Shown here piece after piece: positions 1-7,493 of a stretch of 54,754 nt of DNA. Source of the DNA: Candidatus Aenigmatarchaeota archaeon (lineage in GTDB: Archaea > Aenigmatarchaeota > Aenigmatarchaeia > JACPZZ01); assembly GCA_016177205.1 (NCBI GenBank), contig JACOVS010000039.1, positions 1 to 54,754 of the forward strand. Direction: 5' to 3'. A program made the position numbers and the translations under genes. Numbering within the stretch: the stretch's first letter is position 1; every line of letters starts with the position of its first letter. The notes under the pieces are model-generated. The model ran no database searches, was not told where the DNA came from, and saw only the letters and a program-made list of their open reading frames with translations.

Positions 1-12
1 GCAGGGGAATTT

Positions 13-519
13 TTGTCAAAGGAAAGGATTTTTGTATTCCCATCCTTTGTTGAACCGCCGACATACAACGTTAGCACTTACGCCTCCATGATATACGCGA
101 TAATGAAGGAAAACGTCGGTGATATAAAAGACGGGATAAAAGGCCTGGAAACGCCGGATCTTAGAAGGTACAAGTTCATTTTTTTCGTTGCAGAGGACAA
201 ATATGAACTGCCCGGAATAATGTCCGCAAGGAAAGTCGGCGAGTCGTTGGCCGGTTTAGGGTCCGCAGGCGAAGGAATATCAACCGCCCGGCACGGAATG
301 CTTGTGCATGAGAACAACGACCGCCTGGATTTCTGCATGAACTGCGATACGGGCACGAAAAACACCTACAAACTCGGAATAGACTCGTTTCTTGGCCTGA
401 TAATGTGCGCGTATTACGTCATAGGAAAGAACCAGACTGCGTCAGACATGGAAAATATAATGAAAAATTACGCTTCAACCGCGCAAAAACTGGGCTGGAA
501 ATTTAACAAGGTGTGGTGA
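13..519 (+). CDS. hypothetical protein
   Basis: 168-aa ORF with TTG start preceded by GGGGA; no recognised motif. Confidence 0.6.
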   Translation: MSKERIFVFPSFVEPPTYNVSTYASMIYAIMKENVGDIKDGIKGLETPDLRRYKFIFFVAEDKYELPGIMSARKVGESLAGLGSAGEGISTARHGMLVHENNDRLDFCMNCDTGTKNTYKLGIDSFLGLIMCAYYVIGKNQTASDMENIMKNYASTAQKLGWKFNKVW

Positions 520-540
520 GCCGGCTGAAACAGATTTATG

Positions 541-1314
541 TTAAATAAAATCTGTTTCTAGTTTCCTCGCGTAACAAAACAAATACTGGTTCGCATAACC
601 CGCGTATTTTCCCCAGCGCTCCTGCGCAAAGCCCTGTATTTTTTTGTCGCTTGTTTTTTTCCCGTCGAAATAATTTTCAACCATTATTTTCCTTATCCAC
701 GTGACAATAGGAAACGACTCTAAAAACCCGTAACCGAACAATAAAATGCAATTCGCGACCTTATCCCCGATTCCATGCAGCCTTGTCAAATGTTCAACAG
801 CCTCTTCATACCTCATTTTATTAACCCCGCTTATCGAATGCCCGCCGATAATCATCTCTGCGGTCTTTTTAAGGAATTTTTGCCGGAAGCCCAGCCTCGC
901 AAAACTTATGTCCGTGTTTAAAATTTCTTCCGGCGTCATCACTCTTCCGTCAACCATTAACGACTGAACATTCTTCCTTATCCTTTTTATGTTGTTGTTT
1001 ATAGAGCAAATGAATGACAACGTTGTTTCCCAAGGATCGCTTTTCGTTATCCTCAACCCCCGATAATTTTTAATCGCTTCGCCCATCAGATCGTCTGTAT
1101 TTATCCTCTTGTAAATTCTCTCAAGGTCGTCGTCTTTTCTCAAAAGCTCCATGACGCGGCTTTCAAACCCTTGTGTGAACCTAAGCTTGCCATCGTGCCA
1201 CAGCTCACATAAACGCCCGCCGACCAGACGGGAATATTTTCCGTTATTTTCGCTCCATATGAACTCCGGCGTCTGGCCGCTTTTCATCGTCAAATCAAGG
1301 TTCAACAGCACCAT
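541..1314 (-). CDS. ogg1: 8-oxoguanine DNA glycosylase (OGG1-like, HhH-GPD superfamily); catalytic Asp appears replaced by Val
   Basis: N-terminal TMKSGQ, GLRI..DPWET.SFICS.NNNI, LGFR, HhH LHGIGDKVANCILLFG, C-terminal GKYAGYANQYLF; FPIVTW where FPVDTW is expected. Confidence 0.85.
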   Translation of the reverse strand: MVLLNLDLTMKSGQTPEFIWSENNGKYSRLVGGRLCELWHDGKLRFTQGFESRVMELLRKDDDLERIYKRINTDDLMGEAIKNYRGLRITKSDPWETTLSFICSINNNIKRIRKNVQSLMVDGRVMTPEEILNTDISFARLGFRQKFLKKTAEMIIGGHSISGVNKMRYEEAVEHLTRLHGIGDKVANCILLFGYGFLESFPIVTWIRKIMVENYFDGKKTSDKKIQGFAQERWGKYAGYANQYLFCYARKLETDFI

Positions 1315-1346
1315 ATTATTTCAACCAGAAAGTTTAATAACAGTGC

Positions 1347-2528
1347 ATGGCCGTCGAAAAAACCCTTCTCATAATCTGCGACGGCATGCCCGATTCCGAA
1401 GACGAGGACGGAAATACACCTTTATCGACGGCCTACCACCCGGGTTTGGATTTTCTCGCGAAAAACGGCTTGGTCGGGCGTCTGGATTTGAAATACGAAA
1501 AATCCGCGGACACGGACCAGGGCGTATTAAAAATTCTCGGCTGTTACGACGATTCTTATCCCGGCCGCGGCTACATAGAGGCGTTGAGCACAGATTTAGA
1601 GGCACGAAAAGGCGATGTCTGTTTTCGGGCGAATTTCGCAACACTGAACGGTGACGGAATGCTAATTGACCGCCGTGCCGGACGCGACGAGACGGGACTG
1701 GAAGAACTTGCAAAAAAACTGGATGGCATCGAAATTAACAACATACGCTTCTCCGTACGACGGGCAGTCGGCCACCGCCTGGTTATCGTTATGCGTCGTT
1801 TAGACGGCAAACCATTGTCATGGAACATCGAAGGCAACGACCCGAAAAAAACAGGCGTTGCCGTGAAACAGGTCGCAGCCAAAACCCGGAACGGCAGGAT
1901 AACCGCAAGCGCGCTCAACAAATTTTTGAGAAGAGTTAACAAGATACTGGAAGAACATCCGGTAAACAAAAAAAGGAAAATCCCCGCAAACACAGTTCTG
2001 ATACGCAATATTGGCCATCCCACAAAAACGGAAAGTTTCGAAAGCCGCTACAACAAAAAGGCCTGCGTGATAGGCTATCACAGCACTATAGAAGGCGTCG
2101 CGAAATTCCTGGGCATGGACTTCGTAAAGCCTTCAGGCGCAACAGGCCAGGAGGACACGGATTTGCATGAAAAAGCGAACGCAGCGCTCGAAACCCTGCA
2201 AAAATACGACTTCGTCCTGTTGCATGTCAACGCCTTCGACATGTTGTCGCATGACAAAAAGCGCGACGAGAAAACCGCGTTCATAGAGCGCTTTGACCAG
2301 CTGGTCGTTAGGAAGATATTGGACAACATAAACCTTAACAAAATCGTCATCGCGGTCACCAGCGACCATTACTCAAACTCTTTAACAAAAGATTACGCTC
2401 ATTCAACGGAACCCGTGCCTTTCGTTGTTTGCGGCGCCGGGATAAAAAGTTCCGGCTGCGAAAAATACGACGAGAAAAACGCGGTGAAATTCGGAACTTG
2501 TAAGAATTTAATTGAATTTTTAGTTTGA
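1347..2528 (+). CDS. apgM: cofactor-independent phosphoglycerate mutase, archaeal ApgM family
   Basis: DGMPD...TPL, YPGRG.IEA, FRANFAT, DRRAGR, D..SHD, TSDH, HSTEPVP metal-binding motifs. Confidence 0.85.
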   Translation: MAVEKTLLIICDGMPDSEDEDGNTPLSTAYHPGLDFLAKNGLVGRLDLKYEKSADTDQGVLKILGCYDDSYPGRGYIEALSTDLEARKGDVCFRANFATLNGDGMLIDRRAGRDETGLEELAKKLDGIEINNIRFSVRRAVGHRLVIVMRRLDGKPLSWNIEGNDPKKTGVAVKQVAAKTRNGRITASALNKFLRRVNKILEEHPVNKKRKIPANTVLIRNIGHPTKTESFESRYNKKACVIGYHSTIEGVAKFLGMDFVKPSGATGQEDTDLHEKANAALETLQKYDFVLLHVNAFDMLSHDKKRDEKTAFIERFDQLVVRKILDNINLNKIVIAVTSDHYSNSLTKDYAHSTEPVPFVVCGAGIKSSGCEKYDEKNAVKFGTCKNLIEFLV

Positions 2529-2542
2529 ACGGCCGGTTTAAT

Positions 2543-3856
2543 TTACTTTGCGCTCGTCCTTATCTCGATTTGTGCCATGGCGGCATACTCGTATTCGCCG
2601 AAATCGTAGTTCAAAACCTTCACGTAATAGGTGTTTCCTTTGGCAAGGTCAAAGAAACAGCTTTCCGCTGCCGGGCCCGAGGCGCCTCTGTAACAGATTG
2701 CCGAAGCTTGCACCCCGCCGTCAGAACCGCACACATCACGGCTGCCCGCCGCCGCGCTGTAAACGGTGAAATCCATGTCGGCGTAATAATTGGCGCCGCC
2801 CACCGGCTTTTTGGCCGGGCCCACAGTAACATTCGCACGCAACGCCTCGCTCCCGGAATAACTAAAGTTGTAATAACCCGCCTCGCCCCTTGCTAGGCTG
2901 CAACTGTCCGACAAGACCGCACCCGCGGACGCAGAACCCATATAAAACGCGTTGTCGCATCTTGTGTAGCAAGTCTTGGATGTGGTCGATGTGGCCGCTG
3001 TGGTGGTTGTTGTAGTCGTTGTTGTAGCCCTGACATTGGTGGTTGTGGTTGCTCCGACATTGGTGGTTGTGGTAGATCTTCCCGATGTCGTTGTTGTTAT
3101 TGATCCTGTGCCGGCTGAACCGCCTGTTGTGGTCGTTGTGGTTGATGGTGTAGTGCCGATAACGCTGCCGAAGACTTGTCCGCCGCTAAATTCTATGTCA
3201 CAGCGCTCACTGACATAAACATAGTAGCCGACGCCGCTGCTAAACCGGTCTATCGCAGGCCGGCCTTTGTGCGAGAATGTGGATTGCCAGCTGTCACTAG
3301 GATCTTGGTATGTTGAATTCCAGTGCCACGGCGGGACTGTGTTGTAATTCACCTTGCTGCCACAGGTTTTTTGCAGGTCGCTCATGCCGAATTCGCGGTC
3401 GGACGCGATAAACGATCCGCTAATAGGATTGCTTATCATATTCCAGCCCGGCCACAAGGTCAGCCGCCCTGAATTGGATCTCTGCTCCCCTGTTTGCGTA
3501 ACCGTGCATGTGTCGTCCGCCCACACCCAATAACCCTTGCCCGGTTCAAGGCTGGTAAAATCTCCGGCCCTGTCGCTCTGCCATTGCTGCGTGAAACCAT
3601 TAAAGTGCCAGACCGGTTTTGCCGAGTTCCTTTTACAATTGGAATAAATAGAACCCGGCTCGCTCGCGGATCCGATCGGGATTGGTGTGCCCGTGGGCGA
3701 AGAAATCATGTTCCAGCCTGTTCTAAGTGTTAGATGCACCGTAGGTTCCGGTCCAGGAGGGGTCGGCTGGGCCAATGCCGTTACGGACGCAAAAAGAAAT
3801 GTTAAGAGGTAACAGAACAAAAACAGGTGCGATTTTATGAAAGGCCTGTTTTTCAT
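2543..3856 (-). CDS. secreted surface protein: signal peptide, two GWNMIS repeats, Thr-rich linker, C-terminal PPC-like beta domain
   Basis: Sec signal ending ALA-Q; repeats L..GWNMIS.P...GKGYWV/GVGYYV; poly-Thr tract near 2985-3160; DMDFTVY...GNTYYVKV. Confidence 0.7.
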   Translation of the reverse strand: MKNRPFIKSHLFLFCYLLTFLFASVTALAQPTPPGPEPTVHLTLRTGWNMISSPTGTPIPIGSASEPGSIYSNCKRNSAKPVWHFNGFTQQWQSDRAGDFTSLEPGKGYWVWADDTCTVTQTGEQRSNSGRLTLWPGWNMISNPISGSFIASDREFGMSDLQKTCGSKVNYNTVPPWHWNSTYQDPSDSWQSTFSHKGRPAIDRFSSGVGYYVYVSERCDIEFSGGQVFGSVIGTTPSTTTTTTGGSAGTGSITTTTSGRSTTTTNVGATTTTNVRATTTTTTTTTAATSTTSKTCYTRCDNAFYMGSASAGAVLSDSCSLARGEAGYYNFSYSGSEALRANVTVGPAKKPVGGANYYADMDFTVYSAAAGSRDVCGSDGGVQASAICYRGASGPAAESCFFDLAKGNTYYVKVLNYDFGEYEYAAMAQIEIRTSAK

Positions 3857-3889
3857 CGTTTGGCAATTCTCCTTTGATTATTATCCGTA

Positions 3890-4285
3890 TCAGGTGATTC
3901 CAGGCGGCGGACTAGGCGGCCCGCCCGGTGGTGAAGTCGTCGTAGTCGCTGCCGAAGCAACTCCGGGACAACCGCACCCGATTTTGACTTTTAACTTCTC
4001 GTCAGCGTCACCGCACGGCGTCGCATCGCCCGCATCAAGAACTATTCCCTTTGCCGCAGCACAAAGGCTTGAAGACGGGTCTCCGCTACAGCCTGTGTTG
4101 ACTAAAACCTGGCATTGTTTGTTAAATTCCGCCCTGGCCGCCTGGTTCGTCGCAAATGGGTTCCAGACGCCCATAAATACAGCAACGACAGCGATCAGAA
4201 TAATCACCGCGATCGCTAGAATAACAAGCATGTCAATGGGGAGCGAAACGCCTTTTTTGGTTGAGCTTTTTCCTAAAAAGGTCAT
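3890..4285 (-). CDS. type IV prepilin (class III signal peptide), paralog of 4290..4586
   Basis: KKG|VSLPIDMLVILAIAVIIL hydrophobic helix; Cys-rich head; Thr/Pro tail. Confidence 0.85.
   Translation of the reverse strand: MTFLGKSSTKKGVSLPIDMLVILAIAVIILIAVVAVFMGVWNPFATNQAARAEFNKQCQVLVNTGCSGDPSSSLCAAAKGIVLDAGDATPCGDADEKLKVKIGCGCPGVASAATTTTSPPGGPPSPPPGIT
4255..4284 (+). repeat. family B palindrome inside a prepilin leader
   Basis: TTTTGGTTGAGCTTTTTCCTAAAAAGGTCA. Confidence 0.75.
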
Positions 4286-4289
4286 ATTA

Positions 4290-4586
4290 TCATCCCGGGC
4301 AGCCGCAGCCCTTCTTCACGGCAAGCCTGTCCGCGTCTGTGTCGCACGTCGCCTTGTTAAGAACAAGGCCGTTTGCCGCTGCACACAAAGCTGTCGAAGG
4401 GTTTCCCGCGCAACCCGTGTTGACCAAAACCTGGCACTCCTTGTTGAAATTGGCCCGCGCCTGCTGGTTCGTAGCGAACGGGTTCCAGACGCCCATGAAC
4501 ACGGCAACAACCGCTATCAGAATAATTACGGCTATCGCCAGGATTACAAGCATGTCGATTGGAAGTGAAACGCCTTTTCTCTTCAT
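4290..4586 (-). CDS. type IV prepilin, candidate major pilin
   Basis: MKRKG|VSLPIDMLVILAIAVIIL; six-Cys head. Confidence 0.85.
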   Translation of the reverse strand: MKRKGVSLPIDMLVILAIAVIILIAVVAVFMGVWNPFATNQQARANFNKECQVLVNTGCAGNPSTALCAAANGLVLNKATCDTDADRLAVKKGCGCPG

Positions 4587-4632
4587 TTTGACCTTATTAT
4601 CTATTTTCTCCGAAATGGTTTAAATAGGTGTT

Positions 4633-5961
4633 TCAGACAGGCTGCAAACCAGCAGGCAGGGAACAGGCGGCTGCATTGTTCTTCAATTCTGTGGAAACGA
4701 CCTGGCCGTTCTTTATTATTGTGCAGCTGTGCGTCATATAATTGAATTTTAACGTCTCGTAAGGAAACGGCTTGGCAACGCTAGGTATGTTGTTAATAGT
4801 CTTCGACGGGACAAAGCCGCCCGGGTCTTCGGACGAGTATTTCCCGTACACGTCGGCCAGGAATGTAAACGTTATTGATTTTGTCTTTGTGGTGCCGGAA
4901 CAGGTTTGGGTTTTTGTATCTTCTCCGGGCACGCACACGCAGTTCTCAACCACTTCCCCGTCAGCGTCGGTTATTGTGGTGCAGCTTTCCGTCTTGCACG
5001 GGTTTGTGAAATTGTAGTTGCAGCTGAACGAACAGGAGCCCGTGGCCAGGGTCGCGTCGCTTAACGCGTACCCGGCCCCGTTGGTCAAAGAACCGTGCTT
5101 TTCAAACTTCGCATTAAACGCTGCAAATGGGACGCCCGGTATAGGCCCGGAAATAGGAACGCTGTCCAATGCGGAATAGTCTGTCATTGCCAAAACCTCG
5201 GACGCCGTCGGCTCGGACGCCTCCGAAAGCGGGCAGGCGCTGCTAAAGGGGTCTGCAGAATTGCAGAATGAAACAGGCTCTGTGCATTTTGGCGCGAGTT
5301 TTGTTTTTGTACCTCCGGTGTTGATAGAAGCGAATGCTTCATTTATCCTGTCAACCGGTTCGCCGCTGTCCAGAAATTGTTTCGCAGCATTGTACAGCGC
5401 GAAATATTTTAATTTCACTTCCTGGTCTATGTAGCCTTTCACGTCCGTAACTATAGTTATTGCCTGTGTTTGCAGGGCCTTTGAAATTTTTACCTCCTTG
5501 TCGCCTTTAACGTAAAACTTTTCAGATTTTGAAAAGTCGCTGTTGTCCGGGACGACTTGGATGTTCGTATCCCCGTAATCGATTGCCAGGAATTTTCCAG
5601 CTATGGAATGTTGCTGTAAACTGGCGATTTCGTTATCGATGTAACGTTTCAGCGTATCCTTTATAGTATCTTCGCTCGGCGGTGTTTTCCATATAGCTGT
5701 TCCGTCCTTCTGCGGTGCCAAATTGTCCAGACCGCCGGCTGAACCGGCTCTCATGGGTCCTGTCTGGGAATAAATTAAAACCGCCTCTTCCAGCGTTTTC
5801 CGTGCCAGTTCAGCGTAGTTTATGGTTGAAAAGCTCTCCTTGTGCCTTTCGGAAACGATAAAAGCCTCTGATGGTATGACCGACCTAAACCACCAAATTA
5901 TTCCGACGCCGATCATTACCATTATGATGCTTCCCATGAACGTGTTGACGCTTCCTTTCAT
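4633..5961 (-). CDS. large minor pilin / adhesin-like protein
   Basis: MKG|SVNTF plus hydrophobic helix; Cys-rich C-terminal half. Confidence 0.7.
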   Translation of the reverse strand: MKGSVNTFMGSIIMVMIGVGIIWWFRSVIPSEAFIVSERHKESFSTINYAELARKTLEEAVLIYSQTGPMRAGSAGGLDNLAPQKDGTAIWKTPPSEDTIKDTLKRYIDNEIASLQQHSIAGKFLAIDYGDTNIQVVPDNSDFSKSEKFYVKGDKEVKISKALQTQAITIVTDVKGYIDQEVKLKYFALYNAAKQFLDSGEPVDRINEAFASINTGGTKTKLAPKCTEPVSFCNSADPFSSACPLSEASEPTASEVLAMTDYSALDSVPISGPIPGVPFAAFNAKFEKHGSLTNGAGYALSDATLATGSCSFSCNYNFTNPCKTESCTTITDADGEVVENCVCVPGEDTKTQTCSGTTKTKSITFTFLADVYGKYSSEDPGGFVPSKTINNIPSVAKPFPYETLKFNYMTHSCTIIKNGQVVSTELKNNAAACSLPAGLQPV

Positions 5962-5962
5962 G

Positions 5963-6544
5963 TTATTTCACCGTCGAATACAGCCTGTAAATCGCGATCT
6001 TGCAGCCCGCGCACGTCTCGTAAGGCAGGTAAAACTCAACTTCCGCCGTCTCCGGATCGTTTACGATTTTTTCGTCGTTCCTTTTTGCTATTACCAGCCT
6101 TTTCGTTATCACGTTTCCCGCGACGTCAAACTGCTTCCTTAGCTCGAATATGTACGGGCCCTGGACCAATTTGTCAAAAACATTCTGCGCCTCCTGGTAC
6201 ACGTTCCGCAGGCTGCCGTCTGCTAAAACTTCCCCGTCCCAGTTCGGACTTCCGTCCCACTGGAACGCGGCGTTCGATAATATTCTCCTGCTCTGCGGTT
6301 CATTGGCGCTTAATCTGATCTCAGTCCCTGAAACAAGGGCGTTTTCCGTGTTCAGCGAAAAATCCAAAAACGTGGCGTGCACGGTAAAATCTATCAAATT
6401 GCCGACGATCAGCCGCGCAATGCTCATCGAGAACAGCATTATCATGGTCACAAAAAATATCGTTATCAGGAAAAAGAACGTTGATACGTACCAGACGTCG
6501 CCCTTCATCATTCTCTTTTGGTTGAGCTTTTTGGAAAAGGTCAT
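5963..6544 (-). CDS. minor pilin-like protein
   Basis: MMKG|DVW plus hydrophobic helix; start could alternatively be the downstream MMKG. Confidence 0.7.
   Translation of the reverse strand: MTFSKKLNQKRMMKGDVWYVSTFFFLITIFFVTMIMLFSMSIARLIVGNLIDFTVHATFLDFSLNTENALVSGTEIRLSANEPQSRRILSNAAFQWDGSPNWDGEVLADGSLRNVYQEAQNVFDKLVQGPYIFELRKQFDVAGNVITKRLVIAKRNDEKIVNDPETAEVEFYLPYETCAGCKIAIYRLYSTVK
6516..6543 (+). repeat. family B palindrome at a prepilin 5' end
   Basis: TTTTGGTTGAGCTTTTTGGAAAAGGTCA. Confidence 0.75.
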
Positions 6545-6545
6545 A

Positions 6546-6986
6546 TCAACCGACCTTCGGGACGTAAACTTTCATCGTGCCGGGTATTATCGTATCCGTC
6601 ATTTTTACCGCAACCGGATGCTCCCAAACCCTGTTTTTTTCCTTCAGTATCGAGTCGTCGCCGAAAACCCAGCCCTGTGAGTCTGTGGTTATGACCACAA
6701 GGTATTTTGTTATGTCAGCGAAGCCGAATTTTTCCGAGAATGAATCGTTGTTTAAGTTGTTTAGCTTGTCCGTATCAAGCACGCCTTTTCTGTAGTCGGG
6801 CTCTGTTTGTGTTAAAAAGGGCGCGCCTGCCATGTACTGCGAAAATATCAAGTATTCTCGGTCGATCTGTTTTCCGTGTATTTGCAGGCTGAACGATTGA
6901 AACTGCACAAGCGTCGCTAAAATGCCGAGTATGCTCACCACAAGGGCGACAATCTTGATAAAATTTTCGGCAATGAATGTGGACAT
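6546..6986 (-). CDS. minor pilin-like protein without a clear KG leader
   Basis: N-terminal hydrophobic helix, KGVLD.KL motif, tightly packed in operon. Confidence 0.6.
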   Translation of the reverse strand: MSTFIAENFIKIVALVVSILGILATLVQFQSFSLQIHGKQIDREYLIFSQYMAGAPFLTQTEPDYRKGVLDTDKLNNLNNDSFSEKFGFADITKYLVVITTDSQGWVFGDDSILKEKNRVWEHPVAVKMTDTIIPGTMKVYVPKVG

Positions 6987-7493
6987 CTATTTCACCTGTT
7001 GCTCAACCAAGGTTGTTATTTCGGCGCCTGTTTTTTCCACTCCAGCCTTCCAGTTGTGCTTTTCATCCATTTTCGCGTCAAGGACGTTTATTTCGTTGTC
7101 CGTGGAATGTACCAGGAAAAGTTTTCTGGGAGGTTGTATCTTTACGACCGCCGTGTTCGCCAGGTTAAATATCTCGCGGGTCGAGTCTATGAACATGAAA
7201 TAATTTTCGCCGTCCTTGTCAATTTTTATCCTGTAGGGGTTGGGCGGCATTACAAAGCTTGCCGCGAAATTGTTTCCGGTCATGGCCGCGGCTGCGTGGA
7301 AACCGAACAACGTCTCCGACGCCAGCCGCGCATCGAAATTAAAAACAAACTCCCCCATTGCCGCGCCGGCGGTTACTATGAAAAGGATGCTCATCAGAAG
7401 TATGCCCAATTCTCCCAGGAATATGATAAAATCGCGGACTATGATAATCCCTTTAACCTTTTTAGAAAAAAGCTTAACCAAAAAACCATTCAT
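6987..7493 (-). CDS. minor pilin-like protein
   Basis: ATG at 7493 overlaps upstream stop (TGATG); KKVKG|III plus hydrophobic helix. Confidence 0.65.
   Translation of the reverse strand: MNGFLVKLFSKKVKGIIIVRDFIIFLGELGILLMSILFIVTAGAAMGEFVFNFDARLASETLFGFHAAAAMTGNNFAASFVMPPNPYRIKIDKDGENYFMFIDSTREIFNLANTAVVKIQPPRKLFLVHSTDNEINVLDAKMDEKHNWKAGVEKTGAEITTLVEQQVK
7454..7483 (-). repeat. family B palindrome, inverted, inside a prepilin leader
   Basis: minus strand TTTTGGTTAAGCTTTTTTCTAAAAAGGTTA. Confidence 0.75.

Noticed and set aside
3890..4586. Diversity-generating retroelement TR/VR pair
   Set aside because: Both copies are intact genes, differences are mostly synonymous and not adenine-specific, and no reverse transcriptase is present.
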